A program made the translations under genes and the position numbers. A stretch of 64,000 nt of DNA, taken from Octopus vulgaris (Eukaryota). Positions 12,215 through 24,148 of the stretch are shown piece after piece. Location: assembly GCA_951406725.2 (NCBI GenBank), contig OX597818.1:14694001-14758000 (forward strand), given 5' to 3'. The notes under the pieces were generated by a model. The model had not been told where the DNA came from, made no database searches, and worked only from the letters and a program-made list of their open reading frames with translations. The first letter of the stretch is position 1; each line of letters begins with the position of its first letter.

Positions 12215-13693
12215 CATGGGTCACCAAACTACGGCCCGCAGGCTGGATCCGACCCGCAATGTCAATTTGTCCGGCCCGCCGGCGTATGCTGAAAAGACAG
12301 AAACATGCTTTTATACTGCTTCTTACACTTCTTAGATTACGTATGTCGTATGTATACTGAGTCAGTTACGTCACGCACTACGTATTTCACGTGCCATAAT
12401 AATTACTACAGTACATCATGTGTGCCTCGGGCTAGTCAGATATTAGTGATTACAATTAAAACGAGAATATCTGACGCCGAGGCCTAAGACTGATTTTGTT
12501 TTTTCTTGATGATAAATGTCGCATTTTCAATAAAAATGGGGAGAAAAGCACTCTTTGTGGAAACAAATGACCGGAATGCTAGTTGCCTGATATGCAACGA
12601 AAGTGTTGCTGTTATGAAAGAGTGTAATATTCGTCGTCACTACGAAGCACAACATCTCTCAACACATTCTAAATATTCTGGAAAGTTGCGGTCCGAGAAA
12701 TTTGAATCTAGGAAACGTAGTTTGGAATCTCAAAGGAATTTCTTTACGAAAAAGTTTGTTGAAAATGAATCTATCACTCGTGTAAGTTACAAAATAGTGA
12801 ATAAGTTGACAGAGCGAGGAAAACCATTTACTGACGGAAACTTTATAAAAGAGTGCATGGTGGAAGCATCAAATGACTTGTGTCCGGTAAAAGCTAACAT
12901 GTTTGACTGTATCAGCGTTTTAGCCAGCTGAGTTGTGCGGAGAATAGAACTTGGAGAGAATATACAGTTACAGATACATGAGAAAACTAAGACATTTTTG
13001 TGATATTTTTTTGCAATAGATAAGTCTAGTGATCTCTCTCGTACGTCATAACTTCTTGTGTTTATTTGTGGTGTTAATTGCAACTTTGAGATTACACAAG
13101 AAATGGTATCCGTTTGCAGTATACATGGAACAACAACTGGAGGAGATATTTTTATAGAGGTGCAGAAAACTTTGCAAAACTATAACCATCAGTGGAATCA
13201 GCTTCGATATATTACAGTCGATGAAGGAAAAAATATGGCAGGAGTGACGAAGGATTTGGTAGGGTGGATCCAGACCAAGTTAGAGGAGCTTCAACTTCCG
13301 AAAGCTCTGTTTATATACAGCATTATACATCAGCAAGCATTCTGTGGAAAACACATAGACATTTCTTGCGTACTAAAACCGGTTACAACTGTGGTGAACT
13401 TTATTCGGAATCATGAGCTTAATTTCTGTGACTTGCCTTACTACACAGAAGTGAGATGGCACAGTTGCGGTAAAGTCCTGCTTCGTTTATATACGCTCTG
13501 AAAAGAAATAGATACTTTTCTCACCGAAAAGAATAGAGCTGATCCCCAGCTTTCAGATCCTTCATGGTTTTCAAAGTTGTCATTTTTATTTGACGTCACT
13601 TCTCATATGAATGAATTAAATTTAAAACTGCAAGGAAAGAATAACCTTGTCTATGATCTCTAGAGAGTTATTACAGCATTTCGGAGAAAGCTA
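12215..13693 (+). mobile_element. hAT Buster/Charlie (SPIN/GTF2IRD2-like) transposon: left end plus transposase pseudogene, 3'-truncated
   Basis: Left end catgggtcaccaaactacggcccgc follows atcTAagg (NNNTANNN target). Protein motifs CLICNESVAVMKECNIRRHY, KPFTDGNFIKEC, GTTTGGDIF, IIHQQAFC, LPYYTEVRW, HMNELNLKLQGK, with stops and frameshifts. Confidence 0.9.
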
Positions 13694-14560
13694 AATTCTC
13701 GTCAAACGAAAAGGGAACTGGCAAAGAAAATGGAATGCTCTCACACTGCTATAGAGAAGAATATTCACTCGATGGGAAAGGTTCAGAAGTATGGAGCATG
13801 GGTTCCTCATGCATTAAGTGACAACAATAAAAATCATTGAGCCACAATCTCTGCTAGTTTGCTTGCTCATCACCGCTCATCTCATGGACACAAGCAACCA
13901 CTTCTTTACCGAATTGTTACTGGCGACGAAAAATGGTGTCTGTACATCAATATGAAGCAACGTAAGGAATGGCTTAGCACCGATAAACAAGCGACACCGC
14001 GCGTGAAACAAGATCTTCATCCGCGTAAAACGATATTGTGCGTATGGTGGGACTAGGAACGGATTATCCATTATGAATTGCTTGAACGGAACCAAACGGT
14101 CTACGCGGAACTCTATGTTCAACAAATGGAACGACTCAACACGGCTATTCAAGAGAAAAGACTTAATCGGCAGCATGGAGTTCTTCTGGTGCGCGACAAC
14201 CCCCGCCCTCATATCGCCAATATGACGAAGGAAGCCATTCAAACGCATGGCTGGGAAGTGCTGCCACACCCATCGTACTCTCCTGATTTGGCACCAACGG
14301 ATTTCCATCTCTTTCGATCTTTTTCAAATGCCATGCGCGGAGTTTAGTTCAATACTGATGCAGAATTGAGAGCTTGGTTGGATCAATTTTTCGAGTAGAA
14401 ATCGGGTGATTTCTACAAACGAGGTATTGAAAATATTGTTGAACGTTGGGAAGAAGTTATAAACAACAAGAATTATTGATTAATTAGTTACTATTTTTTA
14501 TTAAAACTTTTAAAAAATTTAAAATTAAAAAAACAGCGGAAACTTAGTTGCCAACCCAAT
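13694..14560 (+). mobile_element. Mariner (DD34D) transposase pseudogene, 5'-truncated, with right TIR
   Basis: WVPHAL, IVTGDEKW, DNPRPH, HPSYSPDLAPTDFHLF; terminal cggaaacttagttgccaacccaa followed by TA; several stops. Confidence 0.92.
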
Positions 14561-14611
14561 ACAAAGCGTAAAATACACGTCTGGAATAATTTCTCATAAT
14601 TGTAGGAATAA

Positions 14612-14667
<56 letters not shown>

Positions 14668-14876
14668 GATCATATAGTTCAGCAATGTAACTACACACGT
14701 GCCGTTGGTGATTTCTTTTCCTTCTTTGGACTTCTCCCTTTCTCCTTTTCGACGAAGAGCCATGCTCGAAACCTTAAACTCTCTTTCACCGAGTATCAAG
14801 CTAATACATTTCTTGTGCACGTCTCCATGTCTGTTTTTATGCTTTAATTTGAATTTACTATATGTGTATGTGTGTA

Positions 14877-14907
<31 letters not shown>

Positions 14908-14929
14908 TTATGTGTGTGTCTTTGTGTTT

Positions 14930-15130
14930 GTTTGCTCCCCCCACCATCACCGTTTGACAACTAGTATTGGTGTATTTATATCTCCATAACTTAGCTGTTC
15001 GGCAAAATGGACCGATAGAATAAGTACCAGACTTAGAAAATAAGTCCTGAGGTCGATTTGTTCAACTAAAAGGCGGTGCTCCGGCATGGCCGCAGTCAAA
15101 TGACTGAAACAAGTAAATGAGTAAAAGAAT
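14930..15130 (+). mobile_element. 3' half of the CORE-like (OR-type) SINE
   Basis: Matches the 3' half of the full copy at 42712-43165. Confidence 0.75.
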
Positions 15131-16713
15131 AAGGGTAAATTTTATACCTATTGTCACTTTAAATAAGTGCAAAATTATAATTGTTAGTCTCTCGCGCTAT
15201 AAAATCTCCAATTTCATTGTCGCAAAGTGTTGTAAAATATTCACTTTCATTTTATGATGGATGTATCCATGTAGAATTTTTGAAACATCAATTGATGATA
15301 TCCGCAGAAGCATAGCCAGGTTCTAAAGTTAGGAGGAGCGAGCAAATTAAAAACGATGCAGTGACACATACCCAGCAATTTTTAACTCATTTCTCTTATA
15401 TTACACGAAATATTTCATTACTTATAATATACGTAACTGTATTCTACATTCATTAATTTCACGCTTCAGTAAAAATGTCATTATGTATTAAACTTACAAC
15501 TAGTGATATAGGTGTGACGTGAAAACGATGAAATTCCTCATGATCGTCCAATGTCAAGAGGTCATTAAGTTAGGGTTTGTTTTGGTTCTTCACATGTCAG
15601 TGGTCATCAGCACATCAATGGAGATTGAGCAGACAATTGATCAAATAATGTAATGACTCCAGAATGTTTTTCCAATGCCATGCAATTAACAACAAAAGTG
15701 ATTCGACGTTTATCGCACAAGTGTACTAAAGAGTTAAAAACAATGAAGAAAAGGTGCCAATTTTGTAAAATCTGCTGGGAGGGTGGGGAACGGTTGCTCC
15801 TCTTGCTCCCTTGTGTCCGCCGTTCAAAAGTTAAATGCATTTTCTTGCAGAGTCCAGATTTTTGAAAGGTCTCTCAACTCGATAAGCATTTTCTATTAAC
15901 TAACAACAAAGTCGTTTTCCCGTTTTCATCTCCAAGTTGAAAGATTGAAATATAACGTAATAAACGAATGTAACAACCGAGTAATTGTATATTTTCAATG
16001 TAATTTTTTAAAATTTTGAACACAACTCAAGAATCCTCAATCGTTGTAGAGCTCGAGAAGCCCACGGAACACAGGTGGGGAACCTCTACTCTACAACGTC
16101 TCTAAATATGTCACATGAACAAATACAAGGTCTATATCATAATTGTTTACCTGAGTCGATTACTGGTATGCTCGAGCCAATTAGGGAGCCTCTACATGGT
16201 CGGTTGGTTTGCTACAAATAGCAACCATATACTCCTCAATCTACATCTTATCTTAAAAAATGGAAGAGCACATTGTAGTCTTGGATACATTGTCTGAAAA
16301 TTAAGACGAGGTGATCATAGCCAGAATTCTTTGATAGCAAATCTTTTTGGTCAAAACTGACTTGAGGCTGAATAACTACCGGCTTTCTGATCAGATTCTA
16401 GAACAATACCTTACAGCTCCCAATCAAATCCGATGATTACTTTTTAAAACATATACTAATATTCTATGCCTACTCTTACAGAACATTGTACATTTAATTC
16501 ATGATTATCTCGTTACTTCTTCGTATTGAATAACAAAGTATATGTTTCTCTGAAAAGGTCAAATAAAAAGAACGTCTTGAGTTCCCCACATTTCGCCCTG
16601 CACGTAATTATTTCTTATCAGCATTTCCATCTCCACAGCATTAAATGTGCTAACATCAACTTACAAACAATGAGGTCAATCAATCTGCTACAAGAACCAA
16701 ACACAAGAAAATT

Positions 16714-17112
16714 CTTTTCTACTGTAGAAGCAAGGCCCGAAACTTTTGGGGAGGGGGGGCAGTCGATTAGATTGACCCCAGTATGCAACTGGTACTTGAT
16801 TTATCGACCCCGAATGGATGAAAGGCAAAGTCGACCTCGGCGGAATTTTTGAACTCACATCATAAAGACAGGCGAAATACCTATTTCCTTACTACCCACA
16901 AGGGGCTAAACACAAAGAGGACAAACAAGGACAGACAAATGGATTATGTCGATTATATCGACCCCAGTGCATAACTGGTACTTATTTAATCGACCCCGAA
17001 AGGATGAAAGGCAAAGTCGATCTCGGTGGAATTTGAACTCAGAACGTAACGACAGAAGAAATACCGCTAAGCATTTCGCCCGGCGTGCTAACGTTTCTGC
17101 CAGCTTGCCGTC
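16714..17112 (-). mobile_element. Dimeric tRNA-SINE (head-core-tailA-core-tailB)
   Basis: Two cores aaggcaaagtcga; the junction reads (a)ggaaataggtatttcg on the minus strand at ~16874-16890. Confidence 0.85.
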
Positions 17113-17429
17113 ATCAAACAAAAAAAAATTGCCATCAAAATCTTTACTTAATCCATATACTTTACTGACTTTGAAAGAGAAACGACATGTTTTAAACCGG
17201 TCATGAACAAACTGCAACCTCAGGACTTCCTGAATGACACCTAAAAGAAAATTACCTTGATATTTCTAGGAGTGCTGCCTGCTTGATGATAATCCATCTT
17301 TCAGGTAACCCTGAAATATTGAAAAAAGTCCCCATGCGTTTTACTGCATAAAAGGAGCTCGAATGAGTCATTAATCAGTTATGCTTGAGATGTTGATATG
17401 ATAAAGTAGAACCAGCTATTATCAATAAC

Positions 17430-17610
17430 TTTCAACACTACTAAATACTGACTACGTTCAAATGACAAGGCAATATTGAAAACTAACAGTGACGTCAATA
17501 GTGTACAGTTGTCCATGACATTAATATTACTCAACATTGGACACTGTCAATAACATCAACATTATTCAATACCGACCATTGTCCATGACATTAATAACAC
17601 TGTGTAACAC
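17430..17610. repeat. Degenerate ~33-bp minisatellite, resuming at 18790-18880
   Basis: Repeated caacactactcaatatt...actgtc(a/c)atgacat units. Confidence 0.5.
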
Positions 17611-17654
17611 GATTTTTGTTCTTAGGTAACAACAGTTGTTTCCTATATGCTTAG

Positions 17655-17935
17655 ACAATAGTAGTAGTCTGGAGAGACCATGGATCTGCGCTCGAAGAAA
17701 TTGTATCAGTTGCTGAGGGTGGTGCAGCGTCTGCTGTTGTAGAGGCCCACAAAGGAGTGGCAGTCACGCATACAGCGACTGCATTTGATGGAACTCTCTA
17801 TTGGTGTTACTGGTTTCCCTTCCGTCTAGTGCGCTTTTCTTTGGTGGCGAGTTCCTCTTTCTTTTCCCCTCACTTCATCCCCTTTCTCAGTATATGTTTC
17901 TAGCGTGGGCGATCATTTGCGACCCCCTCCTATTT
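17655..17935 (-). mobile_element. 3' end of an RTE (BovB-like) LINE
   Basis: Minus translation KEKRTRRK...IKCSRCMRDCHSFVGLYNSRRC (the RTE C-terminal zinc finger), followed by the tail ccatggtctctccagact. Confidence 0.75.
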
Positions 17936-18222
17936 CAGGAGAGTACTAAAAATGTCTAATATTCCTTGAAACTTAGCTTTTGTTACATTTATTCAAACCC
18001 CAAAGAATCCATCTCAACACATAGCTATGATGCTCCCCCAGTACGCTTGCTCATTATCAGAAATACACATATTGTCAGCCACTAATGGACATGCTCAACT
18101 GGTTAAGGTCAAGCAACGGACAAGCAAATCTGAGGTACCGAGCAGAATATGTGGCATTACGATATTTCTGCTTCAGCAACTCAGCGCTGAATCAGTCTGA
18201 AATGTAATGGAAAATAGTTGAG

Positions 18223-18639
18223 GGATCTTTTCGGTTTGAACGGCAGTTTTTAAAAATAATTTCCACGTAACTAAACACTTTTAAACTTCGTATACTGGTA
18301 GAATGTGTTTATAAAACATCTTTTTCTCTTGACCTTATTGAGAACATTCTATAGTTTGTAAGATATTTGTTGTTTTTTTTTTCTTTAATTTCTGCAATTT
18401 CAACCAATCAATGACTTTTATTGGGCTGAAAACATTCTGTGCCGTATGAAAATGCCCCTCGTTTAAGAAACAGATTGGGTTTATTTACATTTCTGAAGAA
18501 AAAAAGATACCCTCTCCCACCCCTAACCCTAACCCTAAAAGAGATTGAAATGCAATAGATCGATACTAGGGTCATAATTATGGGTGACAATTTCATATGA
18601 CACCGCTAGAAAAAACTGCCGTTCAAACCGAAAAGATCC
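18223..18639. mobile_element. MITE (Merlin-like) with ~29-bp TIRs and 8-bp TSD
   Basis: TIRs ggatcttttcggtttgaacggcagttttt / aaaaactgccgttcaaaccgaaaagatcc; TSD tagttgag at 18215-18222 and 18640-18647; internal (CCCTAA)3. Confidence 0.9.
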
Positions 18640-19984
18640 TAGTTGAGTTTCAAAGCATTGACGTCCACGTCACAAAAGCGAAGTTTGAAGAGAATAGTAG
18701 TAATTTTCTTTGATTTCTAGATAGAAGCAAATAAGAAATAAAACTTACTGACTAAAAACAAAAACAAAGTAAAACAATTGTTACACAGCGTAATACTCAA
18801 CGCTGGACACTGACAATGATATCAACACTACTCAATATTAATCCCTGTCAAACGATATCAACACTATTCTGTGCTGACCACTTCAACAGTGACAACGGCA
18901 TCAGTGACAATGGCAACCACAGCAATTTATTCACTGAAACTTTATTACTTATGTCTTTCGTAGCTTACAACCCAACCCATCTCTTTCTGTCTACTTTCTG
19001 CCATTGTCTATTTCTCCTCTTAAACACTGCAATAATCAGTCAATCCTTCATTCGAACGACTTAATCTACCCATGACAGTATAGCAAGAATGATATGAATA
19101 AACAAACGAAGCAAAGAATGGTAAAACAAAGGTAAAATATCACTAAAAAGAAAGGATTATAAAAAGGAAAGTGCATAGAAAGAAGCAGAAACGTAAATAA
19201 AATTTAAAAGGAAGGGAAGAAGAGTGATTTTTATTAAGAGATTCAAAAGAAAAGAAATTTGAAATATAAAGTAAAACTTGCAAATAAAAGCCAACAGATA
19301 TCTAATCAATATCGTAAAAAATATAAAATGCTCGAAATATATAGTTTCTACATTAATAAAAATGGAAAGGAACGGTTCACTATTGTTTAACGTCAGATAA
19401 AATGGTGGTTTTAGATCAGATGACATTTTTATTAACATCTTTTTATCTCAGTCTCTTACCAGACTGGATTAACAACAAAAAATATACAAAAATAAAAGGG
19501 ATGCATTTTGAAGGTGGGTAACGTTTTTACGATTTCCGGTCATTATTATCTCATAATCGTTATTTTCCCATCAAAGTCCGGTTTCATAGTGATTATTAAA
19601 ACAGAATACATTAGTATCGCCATTAATACTCAATCCCTGATCGGCGTGGTTTATAGAAGTTACACAAAGTGGTAGGCGATAGTTTGAAACTTGAAAAAAA
19701 AAATGAAAATGGAGGATTGAAAAAATATTCTAAAAAGTGATTTTAAACTAAACAAATAATTATAGGTTGTGTGTATAATTACAGATTTGCTGATAACTCA
19801 GTCGTTAGAGGGATTTGTTTATTAGTCTGGAAAAAAGAGTTGTAACCATATAACTATATAACCCAAAAACTAATACTTTATGATCCAGTTCCTTTTGCTA
19901 CATCAGGTATACCTGTTTCAAGGACGTGCTGTCAAGGTAGCGAAAGATATGTAGTACTTTACCCACACTAAGACAATAAATAAT

Positions 19985-20872
19985 ATTGGTTTCAAATTTT
20001 TTTTGACACAAGGACAGCAAGTTCGGGGGATGGACAGTAAGTCGATTGTATCAACTCCAGTATTGACCTGGTACTTATTTTATCGACTCGAAAGGATGAA
20101 AGGCAAAGTCTACTACGGTGGCATTTGAACTTAGGACAAACGAAATGTTGCTAACAATTTCTCTGACGCAGTAAGGATTCTGCCAGCTTGGTGCCTTAAA
20201 TCATTCATTAATATTATTTCTAATTTGAAGGTGGTCAGCTGGCAGAATCGTTAGCATGCCGGGCGAAATGCGTAGCCGTATTTCGTCTGCCGTTACGTTC
20301 TAAGTTCAAATTCCGCCGAGGTCGACTTTGCCTTTCATCCTTTCGGGGTCGATAAATCAAGTACAAGTTACGCAATGGGGTCGATGTAATCGACTTAATT
20401 CCTTTGTTTGTCCTTGTTTGTCCCCTCTATGTTTAGCTCCTTGTGGGCAATAAAGAAATAAGAATCTTTAGCATGCCGGGCAAAATGCCTAACGGCATTT
20501 CGTCCGTCTTAACATTCTGAGTTCAAATTCCGCCGAGATCGACTTTACATTTCATCCTTCTGGGGTTAATGAAATAAGTACCAGTTGAACACTGGGTCGA
20601 TGTAATCGATTTGTCCCCTCCCCCGAACTTGCTGGCCTCGTGCCAAAATTTGAAATCAATATTATTTTTAGTTTCAAGTCGGTGAGCTGGCAGAATCATT
20701 AGCATTGCTGGCAAAATGATTATTGGCATTTAGTCCGTGTTTACGTTCTGAGTTCAAATACCGCCGGGACTGACTTTGCCTTTCATTCTTCCGGAGTCAA
20801 TAGAATAAGAACCAGCTGAACATTAAGGGCGATGTTATCGACTTACCCGCTCCCGCGAAATTACTGGCCTTT
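19985..20872. mobile_element. Cluster of tRNA-SINEs: one minus copy (19985-20197), a plus dimer (20228-20660) and a plus copy (20678-20872)
   Basis: Repeated heads gctggcagaatc, box B gagttcaaattcc and cores gtcgactttgcctttcatcc. Confidence 0.85.
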
Positions 20873-20989
20873 CTATTCCTTATAAAAATGTTAACACAAT
20901 ACATGTAATTCACTGTATACATCAGTAAATAGGTACTATTTTGATACTAGACAAATGCTATAGCCACTACTTTGATGTTCCATGTATAT

Positions 20990-21265
20990 GTTTGTTCCTT
21001 CTCGAGCCATGCCTGGCTCATAAGGGCCTGTTTCCCGGTTTCCTTGGTATATAGGTTCCCCAGGTGAGCTGCAAGATGCAGGAGGAAAGAGTAAGAGAAA
21101 GTTGTAGCCAAAGAGTCAGCAGGAGTTCGTCATTACCTTCTGCCGGAGCTGCGTGGAGCTTAGGTGTTTCGCTCATAAACACACACATCACCCGGTCTGA
21201 GATTGGGACCCTCGATTCCTCGACCGCGAGTCCACTGCTCTAACCTCTAGGCCATGTGCCTCCAC
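20990..21265 (-). mobile_element. tRNA-derived SINE, second family
   Basis: Head gtggaggcacatggcctagaggttagagc; 13-bp TSD gttccatgtatat at 20977-20989 and 21266-21278. Confidence 0.85.
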
Positions 21266-21439
21266 GTTCCATGTATATAGTAACGCATAATGGAATTAAT
21301 CCCATGTTCTATGAGTTCTGTGAAACAAAATCATACCTGCCTGCATTCAATATTATTTTAGAGTAAGGAACATGTTCGCAAATTACAGTGGATTTTGTGA
21401 TAGAACTAATGTTTAGTGGGATAAAAACAAAATACTAAT

Positions 21440-21646
21440 AATCCTTCTAATTTTGGCACATGACCAGCGATTTTGAGGGGAGGGTAAAGGCGATTATATG
21501 GTCTCCAACATTCAACTAATACTTATTTTAGCGACCGCGAAAAAATGAAAGTCATAGTCTACCTCGGCAAAATTTGAACGCAGAACGTAAAGAAACTTGC
21601 AAAGCATTTTCACCGACGTGCTAACAAGTCTGCCAAGTTGCCACCT
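21440..21646 (-). mobile_element. Diverged tRNA-SINE (dominant family)
   Basis: Degenerate core and head. Confidence 0.7.
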
Positions 21647-21648
21647 AA

Positions 21649-21747
<99 letters not shown>

Positions 21748-21757
21748 TAACAATAAC

Positions 21758-21789
<32 letters not shown>

Positions 21790-21791
<2 letters not shown>

Positions 21792-22074
21792 GAGGTAACT
21801 AGAATGTGGAATCTGAAAACAGAAACAATTCCTATCATAGTAGGTGCATTAGGCATGATAAAAAAATATTCAGACAAATACATAACAAAAACACCAGGAC
21901 TTACAAACACATATAACATACAGAAAATTGCACTACTAGGCACTGCACACATCCTACGCAGAACACTTTCCATACAATAACCATCAGAGCATCACAACAA
22001 ATCACAGCACATACCCAAGGCACACAGAGCTGTGCTCGGTAGTGAAGTGAAAGCACGCTATAAAAATAAAACTA

Positions 22075-22078
<4 letters not shown>
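21790..22078 (+). mobile_element. 5'-truncated 3' end of an R4/Dong-clade LINE inserted in (TAA)n
   Basis: EVTRMWNLKTETIPIIVGALG...IQKIALLGTAHILRRTLSIQ* (RLE C-terminus) plus 3' UTR; (TAA)n on both sides. Confidence 0.88.
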
Positions 22079-22107
<29 letters not shown>

Positions 22108-22110
<3 letters not shown>

Positions 22111-22310
22111 ACAAGGACTGAAATTTAGGGGGAGGGAACTAGTCGATTGCATCGACCTCAGTGTTTCACTGGTGCTTAATTTATCGACCACAAAAGGATG
22201 AAAAGCAAAGTCGACCGCGGCAGCATTTGAACTCAGAAATTTACGAGCCGGAAAAAATGTCGCTAAAGCAATTTGTCAAGTGTGCTAACAATTCTCCAAG
22301 TTTGCCGCCT
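22108..22310 (-). mobile_element. tRNA-SINE (dominant family)
   Basis: Core aaagcaaagtcgac and head on the minus strand. Confidence 0.75.
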
Positions 22311-22922
22311 TCTCATTTGTATTAATGAAAGGGTATGAATCTTTGACGCTGTTTGACATGTCCTATTTAGATTTATACATTATACAAATACCTTATTCCT
22401 ACGTATTTACAGTTACCTCTTGTGAAAATAGTTTTAAAAACATTATACTTGTTAGGACGCTCAGTGTGGTAGCTGCTGCAGAGCTGGTCGTACAACTAAT
22501 CAAATTAACGCGCGTATTCAATGATGATATCGGTCAAAAAGGGAAGGTAAACTAGGAAGTTGCTTCCCATAGGCTTTTGTGTTTGTGTGTGTTTCAAATC
22601 ATTTGCAAAGCAAACAGTGCTTCTCTTGTTACGTTTAGAACAAGAAGTTGCGTAGACTGGGACAGTAAGAGTTAGATAGAATCGACGAGCCATTTTAATA
22701 TTGGAAACAAACAAGAGATCTTTTACGTTTTCTTCCAGCCACAGATGTTAATCTGAAAATTTTCAAAAACATATGCATTTCATATAGTTTTGCATGCTAA
22801 TGTCGAGTATCGCAGTCATTATTTTGGAAAACTTATAATAAAGTAGTTAGAAGCATTTAAAGAGACGTATTTTTAGCGAATGAATTTTAAGTCACTGCCC
22901 TCAGCAGAAGTCGAAAATGTTC

Positions 22923-22936
22923 GTTGTCATGACAAC
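22923..22936. promoter_or_regulatory. Perfect palindromic X-box-like motif upstream of the Merlin relic
   Basis: GTTGTCATGACAAC. Confidence 0.3.
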
Positions 22937-23069
22937 TCAGCTTCATTAATTAATTCTTCATTTGAACATGAACTCGCGAGTAGCCATTCCTCTGAAAAAT
23001 TCCATTGACAGTGAGTCCTTCAAGAAATTATTCCACAGAGAAAATTATCAAAACGGAGGAAGGAGAAGG

Positions 23070-23967
23070 AGCGATGGTGACGGCGATAAATTTTTTTATT
23101 TTGTCACTGAAAGTTCACGGTATTCTTGTTTTTTTACAAGAAAAGGGAATTCTTCGAAAGAAGTGCAAAAATCAGTACAATATGCAAATAAAACAATAAC
23201 ATGGCTACTTATACTGAAAATGTAGTAGGAGACAACGCCGAGACCCTGCGTTTGTCAGAAGAAGCACACGGTTCGGGCCTTGTGCCTAGAGTAGAAAAGA
23301 AGAAGCATACGTTTGGGAGGGGGGGGACCTTTCCACTTAGAAGTGTAATTATATTTATCTTCTGCTGAGTCAAAAAGTTGACAACAAAATTTTGTAAGGA
23401 AGAACTAAGGATTGCCCCGACAGTGGCAAAAGATAACAAAAATTATCTATGGAAGGTCTGAGCAGTCCATCGAAAATTGGTGGTCCCAGCAGAAGTGTTG
23501 AAATAACAGTCTTTTCAAGAAGAAAGTTCCACTGTGGTCGAATAATGCTACCCGAACAGTGGGTTTTCGGTTGTGTGTGTGTGTGTCGCAAAAGTCGAGA
23601 TTTATTTTACGCCATACCTTTTTGAGATCGTAATACACTTGAAGAATGCATTCGTGGATCAATTCTGCCGGAAACAACTATTTATAGTGACCTGTGGGGT
23701 GCATAATTGCATATTCCTGAGATACCAGAATACAAATTTCGCCATAGAATAGTGAACCACAGCGTTGGGTTTGTAAACTCCCATGACAGGACCCATACTC
23801 AACGAGTTGAATACACTTGGGCCTATCTTAAGCGAGTGAACAAACGGTACTGTAGCACTCATAGTTCTATACGGGACTCGTATCTCTACGAGATTATGTG
23901 GCGCTGCAGGTATGAGAAACATGATTCGTTTCATAAGAAACTGCCGTCCTTAACTCAATTTCACTAA
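23070..23967 (+). pseudogene. Merlin / IS1595 (ISXO2-like) DDE transposase pseudogene
   Basis: FLQEKGIL; KIGGPSRSVEI..FSRRKFHCGR; QWVFG; ILPETTIYSDLWGA; HRIVNHSVGFV...THTQRVEYTW...DSYLYEIMWR. Frameshifted and interrupted by a SINE tail at ~23270-23300. Confidence 0.85.
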
Positions 23968-24096
23968 TTTCATAGCATTCTGTTACTTTTTTACTTCATC
24001 ATTGTTTCCGGATCTTTTATTGCCAGTCAGTGTGTTTTCGTTTCACTTTGGCGGGTCAGAAACCTGTGACTATGGCATTGTTTTTTATCATTATTA

Positions 24097-24145
<49 letters not shown>

Positions 24146-24148
<3 letters not shown>

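Noticed and set aside
12506-13501. GTF2IRD2/EPM2AIP1-like host gene
   Set aside because: Stops, frameshifts and a transposon left end show it is a dead hAT copy.
13859-14347. SETMAR-like gene
   Set aside because: Mariner transposase only, with stops, a TIR and no SET domain.
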